The notes: a model not told the origin generated them from the sequence alone. 61,511 nucleotides of DNA, filler included, from Deltaproteobacteria bacterium (GCA_030698575.1; 12 parts of 12 records of this genome joined end to end with filler, not necessarily neighbours in it); one strand, 5' to 3'. Counted from the first letter of the whole stretch, positions 38,870 through 50,724 are shown. Numbers and translations are program-made.

Positions 38870-40123
38870 CTACAGCTTGCAGAGGCCTCCGGGTCCGGCA
38901 GCATCGCCCGGCGTGCCCGTCAGCCCCAGAGACTTGACGGGGACGGAGCGGTACTCGCTGCCGACCTTCTGGATCTGGCGCACCCAGGTGGGGTGACGGA
39001 TCGCGTGGTTCGGGCCGAAGGAGCACTCCCCGCGGGGCCCGACCCACCGCCGCTGGGCGATGGCGTCGATCATCTTCTCGTTGTCCGGGACGCCGCCGGC
39101 GGCGTCCAGCCCGTGGACGAGGCAGGTGCCCACGTCGTAGCCGAGGGCGTGGGGGTCGTCCACCAGCTCCTCGGGGGCGAACTTCTTGAAGTCGGCGATG
39201 AAGTCCTGGTTCTCCTTGTGCGAGAGCCAGTGAGAGTAGTGGATGATGTCGTAGTGGCCGACGCCAGCCTCGCCGATGGCCTTGGCCTGCACGTCGGAGA
39301 AGCCGCCGATGGTCTGCACGATGGCGATGCCCTCGCGCTTGAGGCCGAACTCGTCGAACTGCTTGGCGAGGGCCACGAGGTCGCTGCCGCCGATGAAGCC
39401 GGTGAGGACCTTGGGCCGGGGGCTCGCGTTCTTGATCTGGGCGATGTACGGGGCGAACTCGGCATTGCCCAGCGGCGGGAAGGCCGTTCCGACCACCCGG
39501 CCGCCGCCCTTCTTGATGCCCTCGTCCATCCAGCGGACGATGTCCTTGCCCGTGATGTAGTCCGAGCCCATCAGGAACACGTCCTTGCCGAGCGTCTCCA
39601 GGATCCACGGCACCACCGGCGCGCTGACGCTCCAGATGGTGTGGCCGACCATGAACGTGTAGCGGCTGCAGCTGTCCCCGGCGATCTTCACGTTGCCGCC
39701 ATAGACGAGGAGCATGAGCTTCTTCTTGTTCTTGCAGTACTCGGACACGGCCAGCGCCTCGTGCGCCGCCACCGGGCCCACCAGGACATCCACGCCCTCG
39801 CGCTCGACGAGGCGCTGCGACTTCTGGACCGCCACGTCGGGCTTGACCTGGCTGTCCTCGATGAAGAACTTCACACGGTCGCGGTACTTGCTCTTCTCGA
39901 AGGCCAGCCGGATCCCCAGCTCGCTACGCTTGCCGATGATGGAGAACACGCCCGAGTAGGCCGACACGATGCCGACCTTGATCTCCCGGCTCTGGGCGCG
40001 GGCGACGTTGACGGTCGCGGGGAAGGGGCCGGCCACGGCGGCGGCTGCGGCGGCGCCGGAGGCGGCCTTGAGGAATGCGCGGCGGGTGACGGGAGAGGGC
40101 TGGATCTCGACCTTCTTGCTCAT
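38870..40123 (-). CDS. ABC transporter substrate-binding protein (branched-chain amino acid/Leu-binding family), Tat signal
   Basis: TRRAFLK, IKVG....SG, ED...KPD.A, DY..G, GPRG. Confidence 0.88.
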   Translation of the reverse strand: MSKKVEIQPSPVTRRAFLKAASGAAAAAAVAGPFPATVNVARAQSREIKVGIVSAYSGVFSIIGKRSELGIRLAFEKSKYRDRVKFFIEDSQVKPDVAVQKSQRLVEREGVDVLVGPVAAHEALAVSEYCKNKKKLMLLVYGGNVKIAGDSCSRYTFMVGHTIWSVSAPVVPWILETLGKDVFLMGSDYITGKDIVRWMDEGIKKGGGRVVGTAFPPLGNAEFAPYIAQIKNASPRPKVLTGFIGGSDLVALAKQFDEFGLKREGIAIVQTIGGFSDVQAKAIGEAGVGHYDIIHYSHWLSHKENQDFIADFKKFAPEELVDDPHALGYDVGTCLVHGLDAAGGVPDNEKMIDAIAQRRWVGPRGECSFGPNHAIRHPTWVRQIQKVGSEYRSVPVKSLGLTGTPGDAAGPGGLCKL

Positions 40124-40587
40124 GGCGCGGGCCTCCTCGAGTGGCGACGGTGTCGGTGAAGGGCGTCGCTATCCTAGAGGCAGGCCCGCCGGCGAGTCAA
40201 GAGCAGACCACCGGCTCCCCCAGCTCCCGGAAGGTCAGCGAATGGGGGGAGTTGGACAGCTCGCACCACACCCAGTCCACGCGCGCTCGGGGATTCTGCC
40301 CGCCCAGCGGCGAGCCCTGGCCGTGCTCTTGGTGAGCACCTCGGACAAGCGTAGGTCCTGGCCTGCGAGGACGAATACCCGCTGATCTGGGGCCTGTTCG
40401 TCGTGGCCCTGTGCCCGGCCCCAGGCCTTCCACGGGCCCGCGCCGCGCACGTGGACACCCGGCGCGTCGGGACCGCCGGGCGGGCGGGGGGCCTGCGCTT
40501 GCCCGCCGCTGAGCGCGCTGTCGCCGTCGCGCCGCTTCGACTAGAATCGCGTGCGAGTGCAGCCCGACGCTCGCAGGGGGGGCAGGG

Positions 40588-42081
40588 ATGAGGAACCCGT
40601 TCACTCGGATCGGCCTTCGGACATGGGTCGTGATCGCCGTCGCGATCCTGGTGTTGGGCTGGGGCCTCTTCCGGCAGCTGTCGGCGATGGACCCGCGGTT
40701 CTTCCTGATGTCGTCGGTCGGCCTCCGGGGACTCGCGCTCTACCTGGTTGGCGACTACAGCGGCGCTGCGCGATCGTATCGTGTTCACCTAAAGGACGTT
40801 GTGCAGCAGACCCGCGAGGAGGTTGAACCCGCCTGGGGGGCGCTCATCGAGGGTGACTTTGTCAGGGCGAAGGCGATCGCCAGGGAGCAGGTGGCGGGGC
40901 CGCTTGCCAAGGAGGCTCTGCTGACGCTGGGCGAGGTCGCGCTGGCCGAGGGCGAGCCGCGTCAAGCCCTGAACTACCTCGCCCAAGTGCTCGAGAAGGA
41001 GACCGATCAATTCGACGCTCGCCTGCTCGGCTCTCTGGCCCACGCTCGGCTCGGCGAGTACCCTCGCGCCATCGATGCGGTCAGCCGCGCCCTCCGCCAC
41101 GACCGCGCGGAGCGGCGGATCACGGTGTTCCTCGCCGCGCTCGAGACCACGGGTGACCTCTCCAGGCTCCCGTCGGGGCAGCGGCCGCTCTGCCTCGTGG
41201 CCCATTACTACAGGTACCTCCGTATCTACGATCCTGCCAACGGGGGCGCCGCGATACGCTACGCGCGAGCGGCGATCGATGCTGGTGATCAACCCGGCGA
41301 TGCCTTTCTCACGATGGGCGTCATCTACGCGAAGCAGGGCCAGCGGGAGTCGGCGTTTCAGAGCTTCCTGGAGGGGACCAGGCGGAACCCCAGAAATGCT
41401 GAAGCCTACCGGTGGGCCGCCCGCAGCTACTCCGATCGGGGCGACCTCGTCAACGAGTATCGGATGTGGAAGGCGGCCTTCGATGCGGCGCCGGGAGACG
41501 GATATTACGCGGACGGCCTCCACGACGTCTTGACGCGAAAGCTGGGCGACTACCGCCAGGCGATCCAGGTGTACCGCGAGGTCCTCAGGACGAGGCCGGA
41601 GGAAGGTGCCGTGTGGAGCCGCCTCGGTGACGTGTACCGGGTCCTTGGAGATCACCCGTTGTCGGTGGAGGCCTACGAGAAGGCTGCCGCCCTCGATCCC
41701 CGCGATCCGTCGCGGCTCGTGAGTCTCGGCTGGGCCCTGCTCCAGACCGGGGAGAAGGGCAAGGCCGTCTTGCTGTTCGAAGAGGCCGTCAGCCTTGATG
41801 CTGGCCGGGCGGACTCGTACTACGCGTTGGCCTCCGGCTACTATGGGCTGAGGCGTTACCCGGAGGCGATCGCTGCCCATGAGCGGTCCATCGCCCTCGG
41901 GGGTGTGAAACGGCCCGACCAGCTGTTGCCGCTGTGCGGCCTTTACCAGCAGGCCTCCGCGTTCGAGCGCGCCGAGCGGTGCGTGAACGCTGTTCTGGCC
42001 ATGGAACCTGGCAATGTCACCGCGCGACGCTGGCTGCGGGATATCCAGCACAATCTCGCGCTCAAGCGGGGCCAACAGTGA
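40588..42081 (+). CDS. membrane-anchored tetratricopeptide repeat protein
   Basis: N-terminal TM helix and many TPR-like repeats. Confidence 0.8.
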   Translation: MRNPFTRIGLRTWVVIAVAILVLGWGLFRQLSAMDPRFFLMSSVGLRGLALYLVGDYSGAARSYRVHLKDVVQQTREEVEPAWGALIEGDFVRAKAIAREQVAGPLAKEALLTLGEVALAEGEPRQALNYLAQVLEKETDQFDARLLGSLAHARLGEYPRAIDAVSRALRHDRAERRITVFLAALETTGDLSRLPSGQRPLCLVAHYYRYLRIYDPANGGAAIRYARAAIDAGDQPGDAFLTMGVIYAKQGQRESAFQSFLEGTRRNPRNAEAYRWAARSYSDRGDLVNEYRMWKAAFDAAPGDGYYADGLHDVLTRKLGDYRQAIQVYREVLRTRPEEGAVWSRLGDVYRVLGDHPLSVEAYEKAAALDPRDPSRLVSLGWALLQTGEKGKAVLLFEEAVSLDAGRADSYYALASGYYGLRRYPEAIAAHERSIALGGVKRPDQLLPLCGLYQQASAFERAERCVNAVLAMEPGNVTARRWLRDIQHNLALKRGQQ

Positions 42082-43119
42082 TCCGCTGGATCCTGCTCCT
42101 CATCAAGCATCTGCTGCTGGTGGGACTCTGCGTGTGGGCCCTCTACGTGCAATGGGCCTACCGGGTGCCGGGCTCGGCAGTCTTCGTGTTCCTGCCATGG
42201 ATCGGCGTCGGGCTAAGCACGCTCACCCTTCTCGTTCTGGTCGGCGAAGTGCTGCGACGCGCACCGCCCGACGACCCGCTCCGGCGGCTCATTCACGGGA
42301 TCGAGCAAGCTGACAGTCTGCTGATCCTCGCCTTCTGCTTCTACAGCCTGTTCCTCTTCACCAATGCCCGGATGGCGTCCGGCGCGGCCGTCCCCCAGGC
42401 GTCGGACATCCTGGCTATCGGGGGCGGCGAGCCAGACACGGGGCTCACGAATTGGTACGGGTGGGCCGACCTGCGGTCGTGGCGTGACCCGGGACGGAGC
42501 GAACGGCTGCTGCTCTACGACGGGGAACGCCGCACCCTGTGGGGCGGGCAGGCGGTGCTGGTCGACCTGCGGCGGGGGTTCTTCAACGTGCCGTGGGTTG
42601 CCAAGGTGGAGCCGGACGAAGAGCGGCGCCTCCGAGGGATCCTCAAGGTCACGCCGACAGCTTCACAAGTGTGGAAGGATCTCGCCAACCTGCAGTTTCG
42701 GCGCGGGCGGTACGACGAGGCATTGGCGACCGCCCTGGAGTACCTGAAGGTCTATCCGGACGACGATGAGTTCGCGGTCCGCCTGGCCGGCGACTTCTAC
42801 AGCGCCGACCGGTGGCCGAGCGCGGTGCCGCTCCTGGAGCCGTTCCTGACCCGCAAACCGACCTTCCAGATCTACCGCTTCCTCGGGTTCGCCATGACCC
42901 GGGCTGGCCGACAGGCGGAAGGGGTTGCGCTCATCAAGAAAGCGATCGCGCTCGAGCCCGACGAGTGGTGGTCCTACTACGTGCTCGCCTATGCCTACTT
43001 CTACAACGGCGAGCTCAGGGAGGCCGAGCCCTGGTTCGAGAAGCTCCTGGAGCTCCGGCCGGACTTCCCCGAGATCGAGGACCGGCTCCGCGCCATCCGC
43101 GGGCAGAAGGCAGGCCGAT
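42078..43119 (+). CDS. multi-TM tetratricopeptide repeat protein (runs to the contig edge)
   Basis: GTGA overlap, three TM helices, C-terminal TPRs. Confidence 0.75.
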
Positions 43120-43219
43120 NNNNNNNNNNNNNNNNNNNNNNNNNNNNNNNNNNNNNNNNNNNNTTAATTAATTAANNNNNNNNNNNNNNNNNNNNNNNNN
43201 NNNNNNNNNNNNNNNNNNN

Positions 43220-44924
43220 TGCCGGACTTGATCAAGATCGTCGTGGCGGCCGCGAGGGCCGTGGCGGCCAGGAGCTGGTTGGCGATCCCGAACAGCGGCC
43301 ACAGCGAGTTGATGCCGCCCAAGGGGTCCATCACTCCCTGATAGAGGAAGTAACCCCACCCCCCCACGATGAGCGCCGACGAGAAGAGGTTCGCGGAAAG
43401 CGACGAGGTGCGTCCCAGCGGGGAATAAACATTCCCGAGCAGATCCTGCATCATGAAGCGCCCGACGCGCGTCCCGGCATCGAGCGTTGTCAAAATGAAA
43501 AGCGCCTCGAACATGATGGCGAAGTGGTACCAGAGCGCCTTGACCGCATCCCCTCCGAAAACCTGTGAAAGGATCTGCGCCATCCCCACGGCCAGTGTCG
43601 GCGCGCCCCCCGTGCGAGAGAGGAGCGAGTGCTCACCGATCTGACGAGTCAGCTCCTGAAGCGCACCGGCATCCAGAGCGTAGCCCCAGCCGCGGATCAC
43701 GGTGGCCGCTTCGGCTGCGGTGGTGCCGATCAGCGAGGCGGGCGCGTTCATTGCGAAGTACACGCCGGGATCCATGACGGCGGCGGCCAGAAGCGCCATG
43801 AGCCCGACGAATGACTCCATCAGCATCGCGCCGTACCCAATGATGCGGGCGTCGGACTCGCGATCGAGCAGCTTGGGCGTCGTTCCGCTGGCGATGAGCG
43901 CGTGAAATCCGGAAATGGCGCCGCACGCGATGGTGATGAAGCAAAAGGGGAATACCTTCCCCGCGAATACAGGACCGGTGCCATCGATGAAGGCCGTGAG
44001 CGCTGGCAGTTTCACGGGCGGGTTGACAGCGGCCAGGCCGGCCGCAAGGAGAAGCACCGTCCCCAGCTTCACGAACGCGGAGAGGTAGTCGCGCGGCGCC
44101 AGGAGCAACCAGACCGGGAGTACGCTTGCCAGGAACCCATAGATGATGATCGCCAGGGCGAGGGTCTGCTTGTCGAGATCGAACCAGACCCTCAGCGCGG
44201 CGCTTTCGTCGATCCAGCGCCCCGCATAGACCGCGAACAGCACCAGTGCGAGGCCCCACAGTGTCGCCTCGACGATGCGACCCGGTCGAAGCCGCACCAT
44301 GTAGATTCCCATGGCCATGGCAATCGGAATGGTCGCCGCGACGGTCGAGGTGGCCCAGGGGCTCCCGAACATCGCATTGACGACCACCAAGCCTAGCACG
44401 CCGATCAGGATCAACATGATCGCCAGCACGCCGACGAGCGCGGCCGCGCCACCCACGGGCCCGATTTCCTCGCGCACGATCTGTCCCAGGCTCTTGCCGT
44501 CGCGCCGCATCGATTCCACCAGGATGATGAAATCCTGCACCGCGCCGCCGAGAACGACGCCGATCACGATGTAGAGCGTTCCTGGAAGATATCCGAACTG
44601 GGCCGCCAGGATTGGCCCGACGAGCGGCCCAGGCCCCGCAATGGCGGCGAAGTGATGGCCGAATGCGACCCAGCGGTTGACCGGAAAGAAATCCTTGCCG
44701 TCCCGCAGCCGATGGGCGGGCGTCGGACGGCTGTCGTCGAGCTGCAGTACTTTCAGGGCGAGAAAGCGCGAGTAGAAACGGAAACCGATGAGGTAGATGC
44801 TGATCGCCGCAATCAGGAACCAGGCGCTCGAGAGAGGTTCACCGCGGGTGGTGGCGACAACAGAGAGCGCGGTCGCGCCGACGAAGGCGATTGCGATCCA
44901 GATCAGGGCGCGCAGGAACTTCAC
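43220..44924 (-). CDS. cstA: carbon starvation protein A (peptide/pyruvate transporter), 3' truncated
   Basis: [48 protein letters not shown]. Confidence 0.95.
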
Positions 44925-45147
44925 GATGCGATTGCTTCCTGCCGGTCAGCCGCCGGCTGCAGACCCGCACGCCGATCGCATGGCACGAGGCCTCAACGTC
45001 CGGCGCCGCCTTCGCCGCTGTCGACACTGGACGGGCGGTGGCGGATCATGGGTTGCGCGGGATCCGAAATCAACAGGAATCTTAGAAGGTGGTTTCCGCC
45101 GGCCGGCTCCGCCGCGGACAGCCTGGTGGTGGGATGGCGGGCCGGGC

Positions 45148-45528
45148 TCAGTCCTCTTGAAGCAGGCGGCGGACGGTTTCCACGAGGTCGGCTGAATCGA
45201 AGGGCTTCGTCAGGTAGGCATCGGCGCCGCAGTCCAGGCCGCGAGCGCGATCGGCCTCCTTGCTCCGTCCCGTGAGCATCAGGATGGGAATGGCCTTGTG
45301 GCGCGGATCGGCTTTCAGCAATCGGCAGACGCTGTATCCGTCGCGCCCGGGAAGCCCGAGATCAAGGATGATGAGGTCCGGCTTTTCCTCTCGCGCCAGG
45401 GAAAGGCCGTCATCCCCGTTGCGCGCGCCAAGGACGGTGAAGCCCACGGATTCAAGGCGCGTCCTCAGTGTGAGCTGAATGGCTGCCTCGTCCTCTATCA
45501 CCAGCAAGCGCTTGTTGGTCATATCCAT
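45148..45528 (-). CDS. single-domain response regulator
   Basis: LLVIEDE, PDLIILDLGLP, MLT, YLTKPF. Confidence 0.9.
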   Translation of the reverse strand: MDMTNKRLLVIEDEAAIQLTLRTRLESVGFTVLGARNGDDGLSLAREEKPDLIILDLGLPGRDGYSVCRLLKADPRHKAIPILMLTGRSKEADRARGLDCGADAYLTKPFDSADLVETVRRLLQED

Positions 45529-45591
45529 CGATTTCCCTCGCCGGGCGCACCGAAATGAAGCAGGCCCGAAAGGCGACTCGTCCGCCCCGGT

Positions 45592-45987
45592 TCAGCCATC
45601 GCCAAGAATCGTTTTGACCGCATCGAGGACTTCTTCCAGCTCGAACGGCTTGTAGATGTGCTGCTTGGCGTTCGACCAGGTCTCGAGAAACTCCTCGCGC
45701 TCGGAACTTTCGACATTCCGGGCCGTCAACATGATGACGGGGCAGCGTTTGACGCCGGGAATGCGCTTCGCGTCCTCGTGCAACCGCCTGGCCACCTCGT
45801 AGCCGTTCTTCCGCGGCATCATCACGTCGAGGACGATCAGATCCGGCTCCTCGAAGCGCGCCGCGCCATAGGCCTGATGGCCATCCGTCGCGGTGACCAC
45901 CGTGTATCCCTCTGCTTCAAGTGCAAACCCCAGGGACTCGAGAATGTCTGGTTCGTCATCCACAATCAGAATCTTCTTGGGCTCCAT
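45592..45987 (-). CDS. single-domain response regulator
   Basis: ILIVDDE, PDLIVLDVMMP, MLTA, KPF. Confidence 0.9.
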   Translation of the reverse strand: MEPKKILIVDDEPDILESLGFALEAEGYTVVTATDGHQAYGAARFEEPDLIVLDVMMPRKNGYEVARRLHEDAKRIPGVKRCPVIMLTARNVESSEREEFLETWSNAKQHIYKPFELEEVLDAVKTILGDG

Positions 45988-46011
45988 TCCACTCTCCTCC
46001 GGGCTCAAGCG

Positions 46012-48120
46012 CTAGAGCTCCGAAAACGGATCCAGATCCACCTTTAAATTTCCCCCATCCACGACGCGCAGTCGGCCCGTTTTGTCGGAAAGACAGGCCT
46101 GAAGCTCGGGGATAGTGATGCCGTCGTCCGGGTAGGTTGCAACGCCGAACCGCAGCTGGTCGCGGGCCGTTCCTTCCCCGCACGCCGACTCGTTGAGGGT
46201 CTTGTCCAGGCTTCTGAGAACGCGGAAAGCGTCGGCCTTCGCCGCGCCGGGCAACACAACCTGTATCTCGCGCCGCGCAGGAAAGTCGAAGACCCGCTCC
46301 TCATGTTTCTTCGCATTCTTCTGAATTACCGATAGGACTTCCTTGAAGGCCAGATCGAGCGCCGCCGCGCCCTCTGCTCTGCGCGCGGCCACGCCCGCCT
46401 CGAACCTCACGACCACGATGCTGAGAACCTCGTGCATCCTCCGGCACCGCTCGAGGGCCGTGCGAAGGCTGAACAGGTAGAAGTTCTCCCCCGAAAGCTC
46501 CGGCAGCGCGAAACGGAGAGCGGCGCCCCGCTTGATCCCGCTCTCCGCCCAGATGGCGCCGCCGTGCGAGTCGATGATCTTCTTCACGATGGCAAGGCCA
46601 AGCCCCGTCCCCTTGATCCCGCCGCCATGACTGACGACGTGAAACTTGTCGAACACAGATTCGAGTTGATCGGCGGGGATCCCGGCACCCGTATCCTCCA
46701 CGCTCACCACGACATGCCGCTTCACTTCGAAGCCCAGCTCCGGCGCTCTTTTCAAAGGCTCGTCGGTCACGCGCGCGCTGACGGTGATCGCCCCTCCATC
46801 CGGCGTGAACTTCAGCGCGTTGCCAATCAGGTTCGTCATGACATGCTCGATGGCGGACGGGTCTGAATAGATAGGTGGCAAATCCGGCGGGATCTCGCGC
46901 TCGAACTTGATCCGCTTCGCCTCGGCCTGGCTCGAAAGACAGGTCATAGAGGCGTCGATTGGCGCCAGTACGCTGCCCTGCTCGTACTTCAGCTCGTCTT
47001 TGCCGGCCTCGCGTCGTGAAAGATCCAGAAGATCGTCGATGAGCTTCGCGAGGTACCGCGAATTTCGATCGGCTATGCCGATGAACTTGCTCACCTTCTC
47101 TTGCACCGGCCCCAGCCTGCCCGAAAGCACCAGGGAGAGGGCGCTTCGAATGGAGGTGAGGGGGGTGCGAAGTTCGTGGGAAATATAGGAGACGAACTCG
47201 GTTCTGAGCTTCTCGAGAGCCTTCTCCTTCGTGATGTTCCGGAGAACGACCACGGCCCCCCTCTGTGCGGTGGTAGGCCGGCCGTCCGCACGGTCTCGTG
47301 CCTGGGACGGGTCCCGCGGAGCAGGAAGTGCGCTGGTCACGGCGCCGAATGTATCTTCTCCAATGTGGATCTCCCGGACGGTCGGAACGTCGTCAGGGCC
47401 CGACTTCGCGCCGGCTCCCGGATCGAAGGTGAGCACGCGGCAGAGCGTCTTGTAGTCGCAATCCGGATCGTCGAGGCGGGCGGCCAGGGTCATCCGGGCC
47501 GAGGGGTTCAGATTCACCTCGTTCCGGCCGCCGGTGATGATGACCCCATCCTGCATGCTCTCGAAAACAATCTCCAATTTTCGCTTCTCGATCTCGACAC
47601 GAGACTTGGCGGCCGCCAGGTTGTCCTCCAGGCGCTTGATGCGAAGCATCGACTCCACACGAACCGAGAGCTCCACCGGATGGATGGGCTTCGTGACGTA
47701 GTCGTTTGCGCCCTCACAAAACCCGGCAATCTTGCTCTGGATATCAATTCTGCCGGTGACGAGAAGGATGGGAAGAAAAGCTTCTCGCGGCATCGCACGA
47801 AGCCGGCGGCAAACTTCGAAGCCGCCCAGTCCGGGCATCTCGACATCGAGCAAGACCAGGTCGGGATCGATTTCTTCGAACCGATCAATCGCCTCCTGGC
47901 CGTCTTTCGCGTCGAACACCTCGTAGCAAAGCGGTTCGAGATGATCTCGAATGAGCTGCCGATCGAAGTTCGTGTCATCGACGACCAGGATTCGCGGACG
48001 CCTGGCGGGCACCTCCGGATCGGCACCCGGCGCAAATGTCGCCTCGGCCTCCTGGACCGGTGCAACGGACGTCTCGATCGCGTCCTGGAGGAACGGGTTC
48101 CGGTGTCGGGGCGTGCTCAT
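46012..48120 (-). CDS. hybrid histidine kinase (REC-PAS-like-HisKA-HATPase-degenerate GGDEF)
   Basis: ILVVDD/LLDVEMP; SHELRTPLTSI; NLIGNALKFT; DTGAGI; GTGLGL; C-terminal GVATYPDDG without a GGDEF motif. Confidence 0.9.
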   Translation of the reverse strand: MSTPRHRNPFLQDAIETSVAPVQEAEATFAPGADPEVPARRPRILVVDDTNFDRQLIRDHLEPLCYEVFDAKDGQEAIDRFEEIDPDLVLLDVEMPGLGGFEVCRRLRAMPREAFLPILLVTGRIDIQSKIAGFCEGANDYVTKPIHPVELSVRVESMLRIKRLEDNLAAAKSRVEIEKRKLEIVFESMQDGVIITGGRNEVNLNPSARMTLAARLDDPDCDYKTLCRVLTFDPGAGAKSGPDDVPTVREIHIGEDTFGAVTSALPAPRDPSQARDRADGRPTTAQRGAVVVLRNITKEKALEKLRTEFVSYISHELRTPLTSIRSALSLVLSGRLGPVQEKVSKFIGIADRNSRYLAKLIDDLLDLSRREAGKDELKYEQGSVLAPIDASMTCLSSQAEAKRIKFEREIPPDLPPIYSDPSAIEHVMTNLIGNALKFTPDGGAITVSARVTDEPLKRAPELGFEVKRHVVVSVEDTGAGIPADQLESVFDKFHVVSHGGGIKGTGLGLAIVKKIIDSHGGAIWAESGIKRGAALRFALPELSGENFYLFSLRTALERCRRMHEVLSIVVVRFEAGVAARRAEGAAALDLAFKEVLSVIQKNAKKHEERVFDFPARREIQVVLPGAAKADAFRVLRSLDKTLNESACGEGTARDQLRFGVATYPDDGITIPELQACLSDKTGRLRVVDGGNLKVDLDPFSEL

Positions 48121-48337
48121 GGGTAATCCCCCGCTGGGGCACAATGGCCCAGCACGGCGCTTATTTACCCATCGGCAGAATCGGGCCGCTTCTGGTTAAG
48201 GAATCCAGCCAGGTCCAAAAGCCCCCCCTGACCCGCGTCAGGGCGATACCCCAGCGGGCAGGTCAAGTATGCGCATGGGCTGCGGCTACTTGGGGCGCCC
48301 GGGCGGGGCAACTGATCGTGATCGCCAGGGCCTCCCC

Positions 48338-48386
48338 TTGACAGGCGCCGGACCGGGCAGTATTAAATGATATTGAATTTCAATTT
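48338..48386 (+). promoter_or_regulatory. sigma-70 promoter with Fur-box-like operator
   Basis: TTGACA-N17-TATTAA overlapping AAATGATATTGAATTTCAATTT, upstream of feoAB. Confidence 0.75.
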
Positions 48387-48458
48387 CTGGTCAGGAACCT
48401 CGCACCCGCCTCGAGACTCCCTGGCCTGGTCCGGCTGTAGGTCTGGATTAAAGACATC

Positions 48459-48752
48459 TTGAAGACTACCCATCCTCAGCAGAAAACCGCTTCCCCCGCC
48501 GGAGCCACCGGCCCATCCGCCCCGCTCCTCACCCTCCCGGTGGCGGTCCCTGCCCGCCTGTGCGACGCCCCGGAGGCCGGCGAACCGCCAGCCTGGCTCG
48601 TCTCGCTCGGCTTTGTGCCGGGAACGAGTGTCCGTATCATCCGCTTCGCACCGTTGGGCGGCCCCGTCGAAATCGAGATTCGCGGGACGCGTGTCTGCGT
48701 GCGCCGGGCCGATCTGGCCGGATTCTCGGTGGTCCGGGAGAACGCGCCATGA
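48459..48752 (+). CDS. feoA: ferrous iron transport protein A
   Basis: LVSLGFVPGTSVRIIRFAPLGGPVEIEIRG. Confidence 0.85.
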   Translation: MKTTHPQQKTASPAGATGPSAPLLTLPVAVPARLCDAPEAGEPPAWLVSLGFVPGTSVRIIRFAPLGGPVEIEIRGTRVCVRRADLAGFSVVRENAP

Positions 48753-50458
48753 ACGCCGCATCGACGGGCGCGCCCAATTTTCTGGAGACCGTCGCCGGCA
48801 CGGCGCCCGCGCCCTACCGTTGCGCCCTCATCGGCCCGCCGAACGCCGGGAAGACGACGCTGTTTAATGCTTTCACCGGAGCCCGGGCGAAGGTGGCCAA
48901 CTTCGCCGGCGTCACGGTCCAGCGACGCGTGGGGCGCCTGCGGGGTGAGCCCCGGGAAGTGAAGCTCATCGATCTTCCCGGCGCCTACAGCCTCGAGCCG
49001 GAAAGCCAGGCGGAGGCCGTTGTGCAGGAGGTCCTGTCAGGCACGCATCCGGGAGAAGCGAGGCCGGACGCCCTCCTCCTGGTGCTGGACGCGACGACCC
49101 TTCCCCGCAGCCTCGGCCTGGCGGCCGAGACCCTGCACCTCGGAATTCCGATGATCCTGGTGCTCACCATGATCGACGAGGTTCGCGCGCGAGGGCAGCG
49201 CATTGACGTGATGAAGCTCTCGGAGCTTCTGGGCATCCCGGTCCTGGGCGTGGTGGGCACGAAGGGCGTCGGGATGCTGCAGCTTCGCAGGGCCCTTGCC
49301 TTACCCGAGCGCTGGTGGCGGCCAAAGACCCTTCCGCCGGTTGCCGATCCGGTGGCGCGGTACGCCTGGGTCGACCAGGTCGTCGCGCAGGTCTGCACCA
49401 GCGCGGCCGGCATCGACGCGCGCACGGAACGGGCGGATCGGCTGCTTCTTCACCCGGTCTGGGGAGTACTGACCTTCGCGGTCGTCATGATCGCCCTCTT
49501 TCAGAGCATCTTCGTCCTTGCCGCGCCCGCCATGGACGCCATCGAGGCGGGCATCGGCTGGCTGGCATCGGTTTCGGCGCAGTTTCTTCCGGCGGGACTC
49601 ATCCAGGATTTCTGGGTGAATGGCGTGCTCGCAGGCGTCGGCTCGGTCGTCGTCTTCGTGCCGCAGATCGCCATCCTGTTCCTGCTGATTCATTTCCTGG
49701 AAGACGTGGGCTACATGTCGCGTGCGGCCTTTGTCGTCGATCGCGTCATGGGAGGCGTGGGCCTGCAGGGACGGAGCTTCGTCCCGCTGCTGTCGAGCTG
49801 CGCTTGCGCCGTGCCGGGGATCCTCGCGGCGCGGACCATCCCATCGCACAAGGACCGGCTGGCGACCATCCTGGTGGCGCCCCTCATGACCTGCTCGGCG
49901 CGCCTTCCCGTCTACACGCTCATCATCGCCGCCTTCATCCCGGCCGAGCGCCTCTGGGGCTTCGCGGGCTTGCAGGGACTGGTAATGCTCGCGCTCTACC
50001 TGCTGGGCGCCCTTGCCGCACTCGGCTCAGCCGCGCTGCTGAGCCGGACGTTGCTCCGGGGAACGCCCGCGCGCTTCTACATGGAGCTTCCCCCATACCG
50101 CCTTCCGTCGCCGAGGCTCCTCGCCCAGCAGGTGTGGGGAAGCGTGAAGGCATTCCTCGTTCGCGCAGGAACGGTCATCCTCGCGCTCTCGCTTCTCTTC
50201 TGGGTCCTGCTGAGCTTTCCGCGCGTGGAGGCCGCGCCCGGGATGAACACGCAGCAGACCGCTCAGGCGCAGATCGAGCAGAGCATGGCCGGACATATCG
50301 GCCGCGCCATCGAACCGATCATCGCACCGCTGGGATACGACTGGCGCATTGGCGTGGGCCTGACAGCCAGTCTCGTGGCGCGCGAGGTGATCGTCTCGAC
50401 GCTTGCGCAAATCTACGCGGTCGGGGATGAAAACTTCGAGGGGCTGCGCGCCGCGCTG
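48749..50458 (+). CDS. feoB: ferrous iron transport protein B (3' truncated)
   Basis: GPPNAGKTT, NFAGVTV, DLPGAYSL, LEDVGYM.RAAF, CSARLPVY, AREV. Confidence 0.95.
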
Positions 50459-50724
50459 NNNNNNNNNNNNNNNNNNNNNNNNNNNNNNNNNNNNNNNNNN
50501 NNTTAATTAATTAANNNNNNNNNNNNNNNNNNNNNNNNNNNNNNNNNNNNNNNNNNNNCCGAAGGATCCTGGAGAGCAAGTTTCATACCGTTTTTCGGGA
50601 TCGATGGGACTTCGTAAGGGCGCGGTCTGAAAGGGCAATCGTGATTGCCGGGTAAGCCCGGCACAGGGGATGCGGGACAAAAATGTACAGGGACGACAAA
50701 ACGGGGCGAAACGGCCTGGAGGCT

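Noticed and set aside
40141-40587. Several short overlapping ORFs between the binding-protein and TPR genes
   Set aside because: Low-complexity GC-rich translations with no motifs; treated as intergenic
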